A stretch of 64,000 nucleotides of DNA. Source: Gonapodya sp. JEL0774. Lineage: Eukaryota. Below, piece by piece: positions 1 to 12,572 of the stretch (position 1 is the stretch's first letter; each line of letters starts with the position of its first letter). Location: the NCBI GenBank assembly GCA_027604505.1, contig JADIIX010000016.1, positions 124,001-188,000 of the forward strand, read 5' to 3'. Under the pieces are notes generated by a model. That model saw only the letters and a list, made by a program, of their open reading frames with translations, had not been told where the DNA came from and searched no databases. The position numbers were made by a program, and so were the translations under genes.

Positions 1-641
1 CGGCATGTATGAAATTTGATTCATTGCCTTGTGGCTTATTTACCTTGTTTGGAGGGTATCATGATGCATGATGACGTCGATAAGCCGGCGGGGTCTGGAT
101 GCCTATTGGCCGTCGAAACGAAAGTCGACATGCCCAAATCAGGTTAAACCGCATTAAAAAGGCATACATATCATACATACTGTGAGTTGCTCGGAGCATC
201 TTTTGTCACCTGGAAAGAATTGCTGGGTGAGTCCTGCCTCGGAGAATACACAGTTGGCGGAGATGATTAGTGTCACCCCACCCTGTGAAACGCCAGCTCG
301 AGTATTCGATGACACTTTTGGGATCGTGGGTCGAAATCCATACCGAGACTTTGACATACCTCTCGGCTTGCCGCGGCTGGAAGGGATGGAGCGTGGCGAA
401 TGAGAGTGATTTTAGACTTAGGAGGTTGTGGAAGAGGCGAAGCACAGGACAAACGGCAGGAGAATGAATACCAAAAAGGTATAATAGAGGCAGATTCCAC
501 CGAGGATGACGAGATCGAATACTCCATGGAACTTGTTCCTGGGCATCTGATATACTTCAATATCCAAGCTCTGAGACTCTGACTAAATGTCATTCCTCAC
601 GGGCAACCGACTTCAGGGTCGCAGTTCCTTACTCTTTTGAC

Positions 642-2840
642 ATGGGTCGCCGAGATGTCGAGAGGGACTCCGATTACTCACCGGGTCGACGTCACAAACA
701 GTCCTTCAATGTGTACACAAGCGGCACGCACATGGTTGGTATCACAGGAGAGCAAACGCAGCTCGCGTCTTGTGATGCTTGCACGAGGTCGGTAGTTATA
801 ATCCCACTGTCGATAAGCGGATTGGCTGGGATGACAAAGTCCGGTTCTCTCACATCCCGTAATTCGGTAGGCGGCGGGTTCGATGTGCACCTACAGTTCC
901 GTGCCCGCGATGCTCCAAACTAGGTGTGCCTTGCACAAGGTTCAGGAAAATCAAGAAAAGAGGACCTCGGCGGAAAGTGAGTGAGGTCCCTCCCGCGATA
1001 TAGCGTCGACGATGAGTAGAAGGACATAGTGTCAGAGAAGGATACGCTGAGTGCGATTGCCTTCCACTTAACGGTCCAATTCATGGCCTACGTCGTTGAT
1101 TGATGCATCCTGGTTGACTTACAGACGGATCAAAACCCCGGCTCTCTGACGGCCGAAGAGGAGGCTGCTGTGCAGCAAGCTCTTTTCGATAAATTAAAGT
1201 GCATTGAGAATGAGGCGAAAGGCAGGCGAAAAAGTACTGGTGGAGGCAGAAGTGGAAACATTGGCACATCGGTGTCGAGATCTGGAGCCAATTTGGAAAC
1301 CGATCCTGCAAGACAGTTCAGGGACAGCACGCGTGAAAGGAGCAGCGCGGTCGGAGGACAGAGAGAATCCAAGGGGCACAAAGCAGCAATGTCAGTGATT
1401 GTGAAAATGGAAATGGATACACCAGAGGTAATGACGGAAGCCATTCCTGGGATTCTCGAGCACCGTGGGGACCAAACAAGTTTCCCGTCACATCAGACTG
1501 GCTGTCCTCTCTCCCCGGAGCATCTTGTTCTTCGTCGTTCATCCCGCTCAAGACGTGCGGCGCGCTCTGTCAGTATCACCGGTACGACTCGTACTCAATC
1601 CTCCTCTTCTTCGGACAGTGCCACCTCCTCGTCTGAGAGACCTCTTGCTTGGAGTTCCGATTCAGGGTCCTCTTCGGAGTCAGGCCAACCAACGCGCAAG
1701 CGCCGTCGCCACTCTATCAAATCGTCTTCGACAAATGTTTGTGATGGTGACATGTACACATGCGACATTCCGGCAGCATCTGCTTCGACTAGTCGTTCCG
1801 TACGTACTATGTCATCCGTGTCTGCCTCGTCACGGTCACCGGCTCCTTCGGCTCCTTCGTTCCTCGATAATCATGGTTTAGCTGCCAGCCATGTTTTCTC
1901 CTTAATTGCGCCCCTCGAGCTTTACCCTGTAACTACTTGCCACTCGGACGTGACGAATCCGCCAGTAGTTTCCGCGGAAGGTCTATTACAAGAGGACTTC
2001 AATACAAATGGATCTTTTGTAGTGGTAGATTCACCAGAGCTCCGCAGCGGGATTCCCGTCTTACCAAGCGCCACAGAAACTGCGGGTAGCATACCCGGGT
2101 ATCCGCTGTCTCAATGGCATTCAAAGACCGACGCTCTGGTAGCGGGATCTTTGGAAATCGGCTCATGGCGAAGTGATGTCCGGCGGGCAATCGGTACTGC
2201 TCAGAGTCCGCTGCTCTCACTATCTATGGCGGCGACCCGTGCACTTACCGACATGAAAGAGGAACCTAACTACAACGATGATGAAGCAGAAGGGCTCGAT
2301 TGCTTGGGAGAACCTGATGGGGGCGTACGAGCAAACCTTACAACTGAAACTGACACAAACGTTTATCTTCACGACCTGAAGTCGTCCCAAGCCAACCCAG
2401 CGATGTTTGACGTAGATTCCCACCTTTTACCTGCAGCTGCAACTGCAACTTCCCGACCTGTATCACCTCAATGGGTACCCACCAACAATCTGGCTCCCCC
2501 GAGCGCTTTCGTTCCACGCACCCGTAGGAGACCGAACTTTTCACTCCCATTCTCTTACGTGTCCTTTCCTCCGCAAGATTCTTCTGTCGGCACACTCAAT
2601 ATTGCGGGTGACTCACACGTTGGACTTGGATCTTCGCAACGATTCAACTACATGGTGCCACCGGCTCCCGTTTCGACACGTTCAACCATTGACCCAGAAC
2701 CGTCATGCTTTTTGACGTTATCACCAGAGGACGAGCATCACCGGTTTGCGAGCGGACTCAAGGATATGGGATTGTACCTTCCCCAACGGAGCGCGAAGTT
2801 ATCACCAAGCGATTTGGACCTATTTGCGTCATTCCAATAG
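642..2840 (+). CDS. Zn(II)2Cys6 binuclear-cluster transcription factor with long Ser-rich C-terminus (3 exons)
   Basis: Removing GT-AG introns 788-870 and 977-1124 gives CDACTRRRVRCAPTVPCPRCSKLGVPC (C-x2-C-x6-C-x5-C-x2-C-x6-C) followed by KKRGPRRK, in frame with ORF 1170..2840. Start is ATG 642 or the next in-frame ATG (MVGITG). Confidence 0.88.
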
Positions 2841-3252
2841 CTCAGTATTTGTTCTCGAAGTTCAATATGTGATTCTGCCGCATGAAATTGGAATTATTCC
2901 GTGTGTTCTCGGTTTTTGATCACTAATGACGGAGACGGCAAGGGTGCTTCTATGTTAGTTCACTCGGCATCTAATTGTAGCAAAATTCTTCATCATAAAG
3001 AAAAGTCTTCTTCGGCCGCTTTTTATGCACGATATCTTGGTGCATGATATGAACTGCAGGTCTCGTGACACAAAAAGTGAGACAAAGAAATAACACAATA
3101 TAATTCACAGAGACGCAGTGGGGTGAAAGAACAGAAGTAGGTTACTTGAAGGTGGCTGCAAAAGAATATCCGCCAGCCGCCCCTGTATTTACACTAGAGC
3201 ATGAGATACCTGAAACAAAGTCAAAACCAACGAGTATCCGGCTCCAAAAAAA

Positions 3253-6200
3253 CTATGCCACTTCCCATAACTTCAAATTGCCCTCCTTTCCAGAGCTAGC
3301 ACTAGCTAGAATGAGTATCCTACGTTGCCTCTTGGACGTTTGGTCTCGCGTCCCGACATCCCCCACCCCTTGCTCAGCGGACGAATCTTGAGAACCAGAA
3401 TGATCATCAGAAATCCATGCTCCAACACATGTGAGTCCTGAGATGGCACCAGTCAAGTCTTTGTCCTGGGCCGTCATCGCAATGACTGGTGACGTCCCGC
3501 CACTGCCACCCAACTTTCCGTATGGGGAGCCAGAACTAGAGGCCATTACAGGACTAGGATCCCACACATATAGCTTCTCAAATTCACCGAAAACGATCCG
3601 CGGGGGAACAACCGATAAACCCGGACGAAGTGGGGACGCAACGCGTTGTGGTGCAGAAGAAGACATCGCATGTTGCTCCTGAAGGAACGCGCAACTGCTG
3701 ACTTTCCCGTTGCTAATTTGCTGCTGAGCTGCGAGCTTGCATCCATCGGGGACGGATTGACCAACCTCCCACAAACAGATAATGTCATCCGATACGGTCG
3801 TCAACCACTGCCCATCGCTGCTCCAATCCAGACACATAATGTTCTTAGCATGTGGTGTTGAGAAAAGTCGGATTGACGCATCCCCTTCCGTTGTCGAGGA
3901 GAGCAGTGAAGCGGCTAAGTTCGCAGTTGACGCTTTACGAGAAGCAGACACCGGAATAGGAGGTGGAGGATTACTATCTTCTCCTGGTATTGAGAATTCC
4001 ACGATGTTCAGTGATGATGCCATAGCCGCGGCAATGGTGACTTGGGCGGACGCCGCTACCACAGGTGCAAGAGTGTTGGGTGGTCGAAAACGGAGGGGAT
4101 TGGAAGAGTATGCAGTTTTGGATGACTGTTTACGAATGGGGTTATTGATGCTCTCAATGATGCATGAGAAACGAAATGCGCACCAGTTTCAGAGATTTCT
4201 GACATTTTCCTGTTAATGGCGACCAAAACTTGAGCTCGCCCTCAGCGTCCAGGCTGCCACAGTACGCATTGATCCGCAAAGAAGCATCCAACCCTTCGAC
4301 GTTCACAGCAATACCCTCTGGTCCGATTACAGCGTGTGGACAGAAGTCAACGGCAGTGACGCTCGCACGGTGATCCAAGAATGTCCGAATGGGTTCAGGC
4401 ACAACCTCAGTTGGACCTAAGGGATACACTCGGACGGATTTATCCATCGAGCTCGTGGCTAACATCAATGGAAGCAAAGAAAGCAAGTGCTCCGTCGGCA
4501 GCGCACTAGCCACTCTCGAGACCACTCCACTAAAGTTAGACATTCGTACTGCGTTGACTGCTTGTTGATGGTTCTCCAATGTAAAGCGCTTGGACACCAT
4601 GCCCGGAGTTCCTTCAGGGACGTCCCACACGACCACCTTGCGGTCGTGCCCGCCGCTCACCAAGATCCTTGAAGAAGAATCAAAAGCACATGTAGCCACC
4701 TTGTTGTTGTGCACCTTGAGGTCGGCTAGTAGCGTTCCGGAGACCTTTCCGGAGGAGGGTTGGTCGACTCTGCTGGGTGTTCCCGGATTCATAGAGGTTG
4801 AAAGCGGCTCATGTGGAGCATCAGGCATGATACTGTCATCACTGGCAGTTGCCCAATCGTTCGGACCTCCGATAGCATTGTTGGAATTACTACTGGCCTC
4901 GTTGGCGAGCCACTCCATTCCGTAGTCGTTGTCGATTTCATCATGACCGAGGATGCCAGCCATCACAGATCCAAACTCACCACCCGCATTAACCGCCCCA
5001 CTCATATCCTAGTACCCAGGAAAAATACACCATTTAAACTCTCACGACAATTGAAAAATAGAAGCTGCTTTTCCCGGATACTCACACTACCGCGCGCATT
5101 CTCTGTGTTTCGTTCGGCATACGCAGCTGCCACCACTTCTTGCTTCAATTCAGCTAAGCGTTGAGCTTCTAGTACGGCCGGGTGAACCGGCGCAACTCCC
5201 TCCATTTGATACCCCGACGTAGCATCGATATGTGGCTTTGCCTCCATCAGAGCAATTGTTCCAGACTCAAGAGTAGGTTGAGGTGTGGCTGGCGCTGACG
5301 TTGAAGTGACAGATTGTTTTTTGGAAAGATGCTCACCCGTTTTACGTTTTCGTTTTGCCCCAACGGCAGGAGCAGAAGCAACGGGCTGTCCCGCATTGGG
5401 AGATTGGGTATTGGGATAACGTGGAGATGCTGGTGACTGGGGTGTACCAATTGCAGATGTCAGATCGGGTTGTGACGATCGAAGGATCTGAAATGTGCTC
5501 GGTTAGAGTCATAAAATGCAGTGGGATAATGATTTGAGTGGAGGCGACTGAGGAATTCGCACCTGCTGTTGTTGTTGCCGGAGTTGAGACTGAATTATTG
5601 CAAGTTGCGCTTGCGTACCAGCATTTGTACTCAAACCAAGATTGGCCGCAACACTACTGTTCATGGCCAACAACCTCTGGTCCAAATATTGTCCTTGACC
5701 CGGCAAACCCCTATGGTCACCGCCGAGGAACTGATTCTGCCCGATTCCGGCACCTGTCACTCCATTCATATTGTTCGTGAGTGATGATTGCATCTGCCCT
5801 CGGTTGAGCATCATGCGATACGGATGGAATGGATCCATTGAGTTGCCCAACGTCCCTTGGACCAACGCAGCACCCAGGCCGTTCGCTCCGTTCATACCAT
5901 TTCCTGTCGGTCCTATCTGGGAGTTCTGGAAGTCTTGTTGAGATTGAATCATCTGTGCATTCACCGTACCGTTTGAGCCAAACATAAGTGCATTCCCATT
6001 GACAGACTGAGATTGTGACTGAGCGGAAGGTGGTCGCTGTGCATAGGCCGATCCATTCATCATCGCAACGCCTTGTGCTGCGGCTTGATTTGACGCTTGA
6101 TCGCGGATGGCGTTCGCTTGCTGCTGTAAAGCTTGCATATGCTGTGAATGCTGTGCCTGGAGCTGATGCGCATACATTTGTTTCAAGCGGCTTGGGTCCA

Positions 6201-9200
6201 CTGTTGTCATATTGTTGTCCGTAGAAGTAGTAGCGCCATGGAAGTTCAACTGCCCGTGTTGCTGACCCCCAATAGTCGTCGGTACAGCACTTCCTCCTCC
6301 GTTCAATGACCCCGAGGAAGACTGCCGCTTCACAAACTTCTGCCTTTGAGCGTTCGCCTCACCTTGGTGCGAATGCTGCTGTTGCATCTGCTGCATGACA
6401 GGCATTGGTTGCTGTTGTCCTGGCCCATTCACTTGAGCCGCACCGGCAAATCCCAGCTGATGTTGTTGGCCCACTATGGAGTTTTGCAGACCTTGGTGAC
6501 TCAATGAAGCGCTTCCCATAACGTTTTTGTTGCTTGCAGCAATAATCCCAGTATCCGACTGTGCTGCAACAACTGCGGATTGGTTCGCTTGCTAATCAAC
6601 CAGCCGAGACGTCAAATCTTGCCCCCTGCAGCATTAATTTAAAAAAAACTCTTACCTGCTGCCTTGCAGCTGCTGCCGCAAGCATAGCTGCATTAACCTG
6701 CGATCCAGGAGTTGATCCTTGCTGTTGTTGGTGGTGCTGCAAACCGTACATTCTCATTGGTGCGCCACCCTGTTGACTGAGTCCAGCCTGTATCGCTCCC
6801 ACCATGCCTACAGCGCCGTCAGACTGCGGTACTTGTCCGTTCGCCTGGAGGCCGGAGCCCGTCAAGGCGGGTCCACCAGTGGATCCATGTCTTTGAAGCG
6901 CTAGAACCATCTGCCGTTCCTGGTTGCTGAGTTGGCTTGGGTCACGTCCAGACATACCCAACGCAGTCAAGGAAGCGTGCAGTTGTGCGGGAGTCAGGTC
7001 CTCAAAAGAGCCATCGGACCCAGAGACACCTGACGAAGCCGCTTGGGCAGTACCATCTCGCCCCAAATCAGGAGAGCTCCCAGCCGCAGGCTTGGCAAAA
7101 GAAGCAGAAGATCTTGCGAGCCCACTAGTTTGATTCACTGTGGAGGTAGGAGTAGGTACGTTCTCCGGAGTGCTAGCGACAAACTGTCCTCCTTGCGAAG
7201 AAGAACTTGCAGGAACAGCTGAGACACGGAGTCCAACTGCCCCGCCTGCGGTGCGGCCCGTCAAGGAGTCAAGGAAGCCCTGAGACTCGCGAAGCGGCGC
7301 GGACTGTGCGGGGGAGTTGGCTGTGGCGTGGTTTAAGGTTGTGGTTTGGTCCAATTCCCGAATGCGAGCCTCGTGCACCTCCCAGAAGATGCTCCACCAT
7401 TCGTACAGGAAACTTTCTGGGAGGTCCTGAGGGGGTACGGCTGGGGTTGAGTCGCAGCGAAAAGGTCAGTTCTTTGAGGCTCGGCATATCCAATCGGAAC
7501 AACAGGAACCCGGAACAAAACGGACTCACCTCCCCCCAATCCTGCTTCCTCACTGAATGCCCTCGCTGCCGCGTTATACCTCCGCTTGCTGAGATAATCG
7601 AGTATGTATATCTCGAGACTGGGAAGCGGATGCGAAATCAGTTTCAAAACATAGGACAACCGAATCATGAGCTCCCATCACCCGAAAGCGATGCCTGCCT
7701 GGAAATCTTTCAGTCAACGACAGTACTTACATTCTTCTGCTTTCCTTGTCTGGATCCTCGTGCCCACTCACATTGCCCACTGCGGATGCTGATGCCATAG
7801 CGCCTCCTCCGGCTCCACCAGCGATCCCTCCAGGTCCCACTCCCCAAACTCCACCAGGGTTACTCGCTCCAAGTCGATCATCCTCTTCGTCACCTTTTAG
7901 CGCGTTTCGCGCAGCGGGAGATTCCACTGTCCCACGGGTGACGTCCTGGCCGGTCTGTTGGCTGCCGACTCCATTCGGCCCCGACACTCCACTCGCTCTC
8001 AGAACAGCCGCGGCAGACAGCTCCCGCTGTCTTTGCGCAGCAGCCTGCTGGACTGTCTGCGCTTGAAGAAGATTGTCACGTATAGCTTTTGCGCCCAGGG
8101 AGGCACCTGGGGGAAACTGGCCCGCACCTCCTGCTCCGAATCCCGAAAACGCAAGCCCAGAGAGACTCCCCAAGTTCATACCGCTGGCACCTGCTGACGA
8201 CATGTACGATGGGAGACGCGCCGTGAAGTGGGCTGTATGGTCGTTGGAGAAAGGGATGCCAGCAAGGTGCGCAACAACCGCTGCAGATGTAGTAGAGGAG
8301 GAGGTGGTGGGGGCGTGCGAGGATGCACTTTGAAAGTGAAAGTTCGACGGCCCAGGTTGTGTCGTGGACATCATGTTGAGGTGTTCGCCAGCGTTCAACG
8401 CCCCTCCCCCAGGATAGCCAAAATTCAGACCTGGGATCGACCCTTGGCGCCCGACAGCAGCGATTGAGGCCGCCATCAGAGCTTGTGCAGTCGACGATGG
8501 CGCGGGCATCCCCTGAGATCCGTTTGGATCAATAGATGAGCCGGGGCCATAGCTAATCCCCAGCCCCAAGCCAACAGAGGTGGCAGAAGTAGTAGTACTG
8601 GAGGCTGACGAAACAGTGGTCTGCTGTCCCTGTTGTCCCTGCAGCCCCTGCTGTTGAGCTTGACCGACAGTTCCTTGAGGGTTACTGAGTCCACCGACCG
8701 GAGCTGACCCGTTCACCGGATTCCCAGTTGAGTTTTGCTGACCCAACATTCCTGCCAGGCTCGAAAAAGCCTGTGCCCCAACTGACGACGCATGATAGTT
8801 AGATGCAGAATTCCCAGCACCGGATACCGTTAGCGTAGGATACCCAAGGGTGGACACCAAATGAGCACTTTGACCTTGTTGATGAGCAGCAAGGGCGGAG
8901 ATGTTTTGTTGCTGTGAATGCTGTTGACCTATATGGTGAGATATCTGTTGGGAAATCGCTGAAAACGGGAATTGCCCGTTTCCAGCCTGGGTCAGTCCAA
9001 GCATGTGAAGCTGGTTCGATTGATGGTACTGCTGATTCTGCTGCTGTAGTTGTTGTTGTGCAGCTGCAGAATGTTGTTGTTGCTGCTGCTGTTGGTGGAG
9101 GAGGAGGGCAGCCGCGGCGGCTGAGTTGGAGTGCTGCAAGAGCTGGTGTGAAACAAATTGAGGTTGTCCCTGCTGAGCTTGGTTTTGTTGTTGGAGCTGG

Positions 9201-9271
9201 CCTAATTGTTGGGCATAGAGCTGGGACTGCTGAAGGTGGAATGGGTGGACAGGATGCGGAGCGGCGGCCAT
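3253..9271 (-). CDS. LEUNIG-like transcriptional co-regulator: Q-rich N-terminus, LisH/LUFS domain, Q-rich middle, C-terminal WD40 repeats (multi-exon)
   Basis: LisH 'LEIYILDYLSKRRYNAAARAFSEEA' (~7540-7620); LUFS 'LPESFLYEWWSIFWEVHEAR' (~7365-7423); WD40 segments 'HNNKVATCAFDSSSRILVSGGHDRKVVVWD', 'LATSSMDKSVRVY', 'HRASVTAVDFCP', 'HAKNIMCLDWSSDGQWLTTVSDDIICLWE', 'LASASSGKEGNLKLWE'. Exon joins only partly verified. Confidence 0.85.
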
Positions 9272-10848
9272 CTCGAGAGAGAAAGAAGGCTAAGTCCAGT
9301 GCAAGTGGATTGACGGACAAGGATCGCTGCAGAACTGTCTTATAGCATCGTGGGTGGAAGACATGAATGTCGGTAAGGGTGGGTTGGGGGGGAACGGGTT
9401 GTTTCGGATAGAATTTTACGGCAACCCTGACGAAGCTTGTCGTCTCAACAAAACTCCGCTCATGGAGGAATTTTGCGTGTTGCCTGAGCTGTATGACTCT
9501 CTCCTTTCCTGTGTCTTTCAGAATGACCTTTTTCCCCTGAGCCGATCACCAAGAGCCGAGCCAGGCAGGCGCCGTCTTTGGCCCCTGGGCAGGTCAGCGA
9601 AACTCTTCCTCACATCCTGTGATGTCCTTGTCGGTAGTATCGAGCTTTTCCCAGTCCATGGGCGTCCTCCTTCACGTACCTGTCGTGCAGTGAACCCTGT
9701 CAACCACGTCGCCGTTCCTCTGTTCCGGTGAAATGCTTAACGCCCGTTCAGCTCTCTTTCCACCGCTGCCGCACTTTTGTGATGCCTTCCTGGTACGAGG
9801 TTCGCGATGGAGGTTTGCAGCCACTCCTGCAATATGGCGTGCACTTACCGAGGCTGGTGTCCCAAACCCCCTGTTCATCAACCCCACTCCTCGACCAATA
9901 CCTGAACTCGAAGAAAATGTAAAACCCGCTCGTTTTCACCCATATAGAAGTTGTCTCTCGCGTCTTGATTCAGATCACATGCACAGGCCAAAGACTAGTC
10001 GCAGATATACATTGTGTTTCTGCATCTACGTGCATCTTGTCAGTTTCGTTTCTCAAGTCCTGTTCAAATTTCATATTCTCACGCATGCACATGTTGCTGA
10101 TACGTAGAGTCAATTGATATCTCTCCGTTCATTGGTGTCCTTGCATCACTATTTAAATGCCGTGGAGGGAAGTTCGCAATGGTCGATAACGCTTTACTCA
10201 CGCTCAAGTATGATTTGGCTCGTACTGCGCTCCTTGGGACTATGAAGCAGCTGCAATTGAAAGGTACTCTCACTAGTCTCGTTCGTCGAACCAGACGCCC
10301 GGATGCTTGACTAGTAAGGAGACAACAAAACAACAAAAGCTAAATTTGTTCTGTGAGGACAGGCCCTAGTGCACTGTCTGCGCGCTGGCCGAAAGATCCG
10401 GAGGGGGAGGAGATGAGGGGGGGAGTGGGGGTGCGGGGGGGAAGCGGGGAGCGCGATGTATGGAGAGTTCTCCCCCACCCGGTTTCATAACAGCACCAGG
10501 AATAGAAGTGAAATTTCATATCCCGCACAGATCCCCGAAGGCAAAGTCAGCACATGAACAATGCAAGTGCATCTCGAAACACAAACCCTAGTTGTCCGAC
10601 AAAGCCATGCAAGAACAAATACGAAGGAGCAGCCCTCCGTCGTGACTGTGACGGGAGGGCGAGAGGACGAGATGGCTCCTTACCCAAATTCCCGTAAATC
10701 ACACCATGACGGAAGGGCGAGAGATGGTATAACATGTCGGGTCGGGACAGCCAAGCCCGACCACCCACAGTAATACAAGGCCGTGCACAGACCGGTCATC
10801 CGGGTCATATATAACATCATCCATCTCCACGCAAACCATCAGCTCAAA

Positions 10849-12465
10849 ATGTCTGCCAGAATCCCATCCGTCATGCGCGTTGTCGTAAACAAGAAGCCCT
10901 CTGGCTCAATTCCGAAACCTTCTGACCGCTACGATCCAATCGAAATCAAAACGGTTCCCGTTCCCAGGCCTGTGAAGGACACAGTGCTTATCAAACTGCG
11001 GGCAGCGGCGCTTAATCACCGGGATGTGTACATTCGCGAAGGTTCTTCAATGTTATCTTGGGATTGGATAGATGCAATCGGCTCCGCGCAAACCGATCGT
11101 CCGGATCCCCTTGCTTTTCAGGCCAGTATCCCGCCATTCAATTCGGGTCTACCCTTGCTGCAGATGGAGCAGGCGACGTGGTAGCTGTTGGGGAGGGCGT
11201 CGAACCAGTTTTGGTTGGGAAGCGAGTGTACATAAATACTTCCGTGGGGTGGGAATCAAACCCGAGAGTTCCGGAGGACCCGAGGAAGTACGGTATGTTA
11301 AGCACTGCACTTCCTGGTACACCTTGAGAATCCATGCCAATGCACGGATAGGTGTTCTGGGCCACTTGCCTCTCCCTGGAACTTTGGCGGAATACATCTT
11401 GGTTCCGAAGTCTGTGGTTTTTGAAATGCCGTCGCACTTGACGTACGAGGAGGGTGCTGCGGTCCCTCTCGCTGGTCTCACGGTAAGCTGTCCTTCCCGA
11501 CGCTCACGCTTTTCAACGCCTTTAAAATCAATTTTACATTCGCAGGCATGGCGAGCGTTGGTTACGCTTGGGGAGGCGAAGAAAGGTGATAAGATTCTCA
11601 TCCCAGGAATCGGCGGTGGCGTGGCACTGTTTGCATTGCAGTTCGCTGTCGGTCTTGGATGTGAAGTGTGGGTGACTTCTGGAAGCGAGGAGAAGTTGGC
11701 AAGAGCGATTGCGGCCGGTGCTAAGGGGGGCGTCAACTACAAGAAAGGTAGGAATGACTTTCTCATTTGGTTTCATCAAACTTTGGGGAACGAGCTTATT
11801 AAAGTCACGGAATCCTCCTCTGCGCCGTCGTTCTGTAATGCCACTGTACTCTTAAGCTGACTGGGTTGCGGAGCTTGAGAAGAAATCTGGCGCCAATTTT
11901 GGTGAGAGTTGTCAGCGTCCGTGAATCGTCACGGCGATTACTCTCACCAACGGTTCATTGTTGTAAACAGATGCCGTTATTGACGGATCCTCTGGACCAA
12001 ATACGCGTCAATTTATTAGGCTGCTGAAAGCTGGAGGTATAATCAGTGTATTTGGAGCCGTGGCTGGCAGCAACGTGCAAATTACAATGTAGGTTACAGT
12101 GTTTTCGAAGTCCGGTGGTCCTAATGTGATGCTAACCTCTTTGAATAAATCGCAGGCCATACGTGGTGAGACTTGCGTTTGGGAGGGCGGGAATCCAGTA
12201 ATCGCAGTATTCCAATAACCTACCGCTCATTTCCTTACTCTTTCCAAAGTGGTTCAAATCTGCTCAGATCCGCGGCTCTCAAATGGGAAATAACGCCGAG
12301 TTTCGCCAAATGACCAAGTTCATCGAAGAGACCAAACTGAAGCCCGTAGTCTCAGGGGTATGGGATGGACTGGAAAATGCTGAAGGTGCTTTCCAAGAAA
12401 TGAGGGCAGGAAGCCAGTTCGGCAAACTCGTTGTCAGAATTGATCCCACTGAGGCAAAATTGTAG
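10849..12465 (+). CDS. Medium-chain dehydrogenase/reductase (quinone oxidoreductase-like, zinc-binding ADH family), multi-exon
   Basis: 'VLIKLRAAALNHRD', 'DGAGDVVAVG', 'GTLAEYI', 'AAVPLAGLTAWRAL', 'ILIPGIGGGVALFALQFA', 'RGSQMG', 'QFGKLVV'. Confidence 0.92.
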
Positions 12466-12572
12466 CCGATGCAACGCAAGATTTATTTCAATATATGCAC
12501 ATGCTGGAAAATTGAACATTTGATCGACACTCTGGTTTGTGGAACCCCCTCAGAAACCTGTGAATTGGCCAA

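Noticed and set aside
1..600. Short ORFs at the window start
   Set aside because: No recognisable motif or consistent exon chain.
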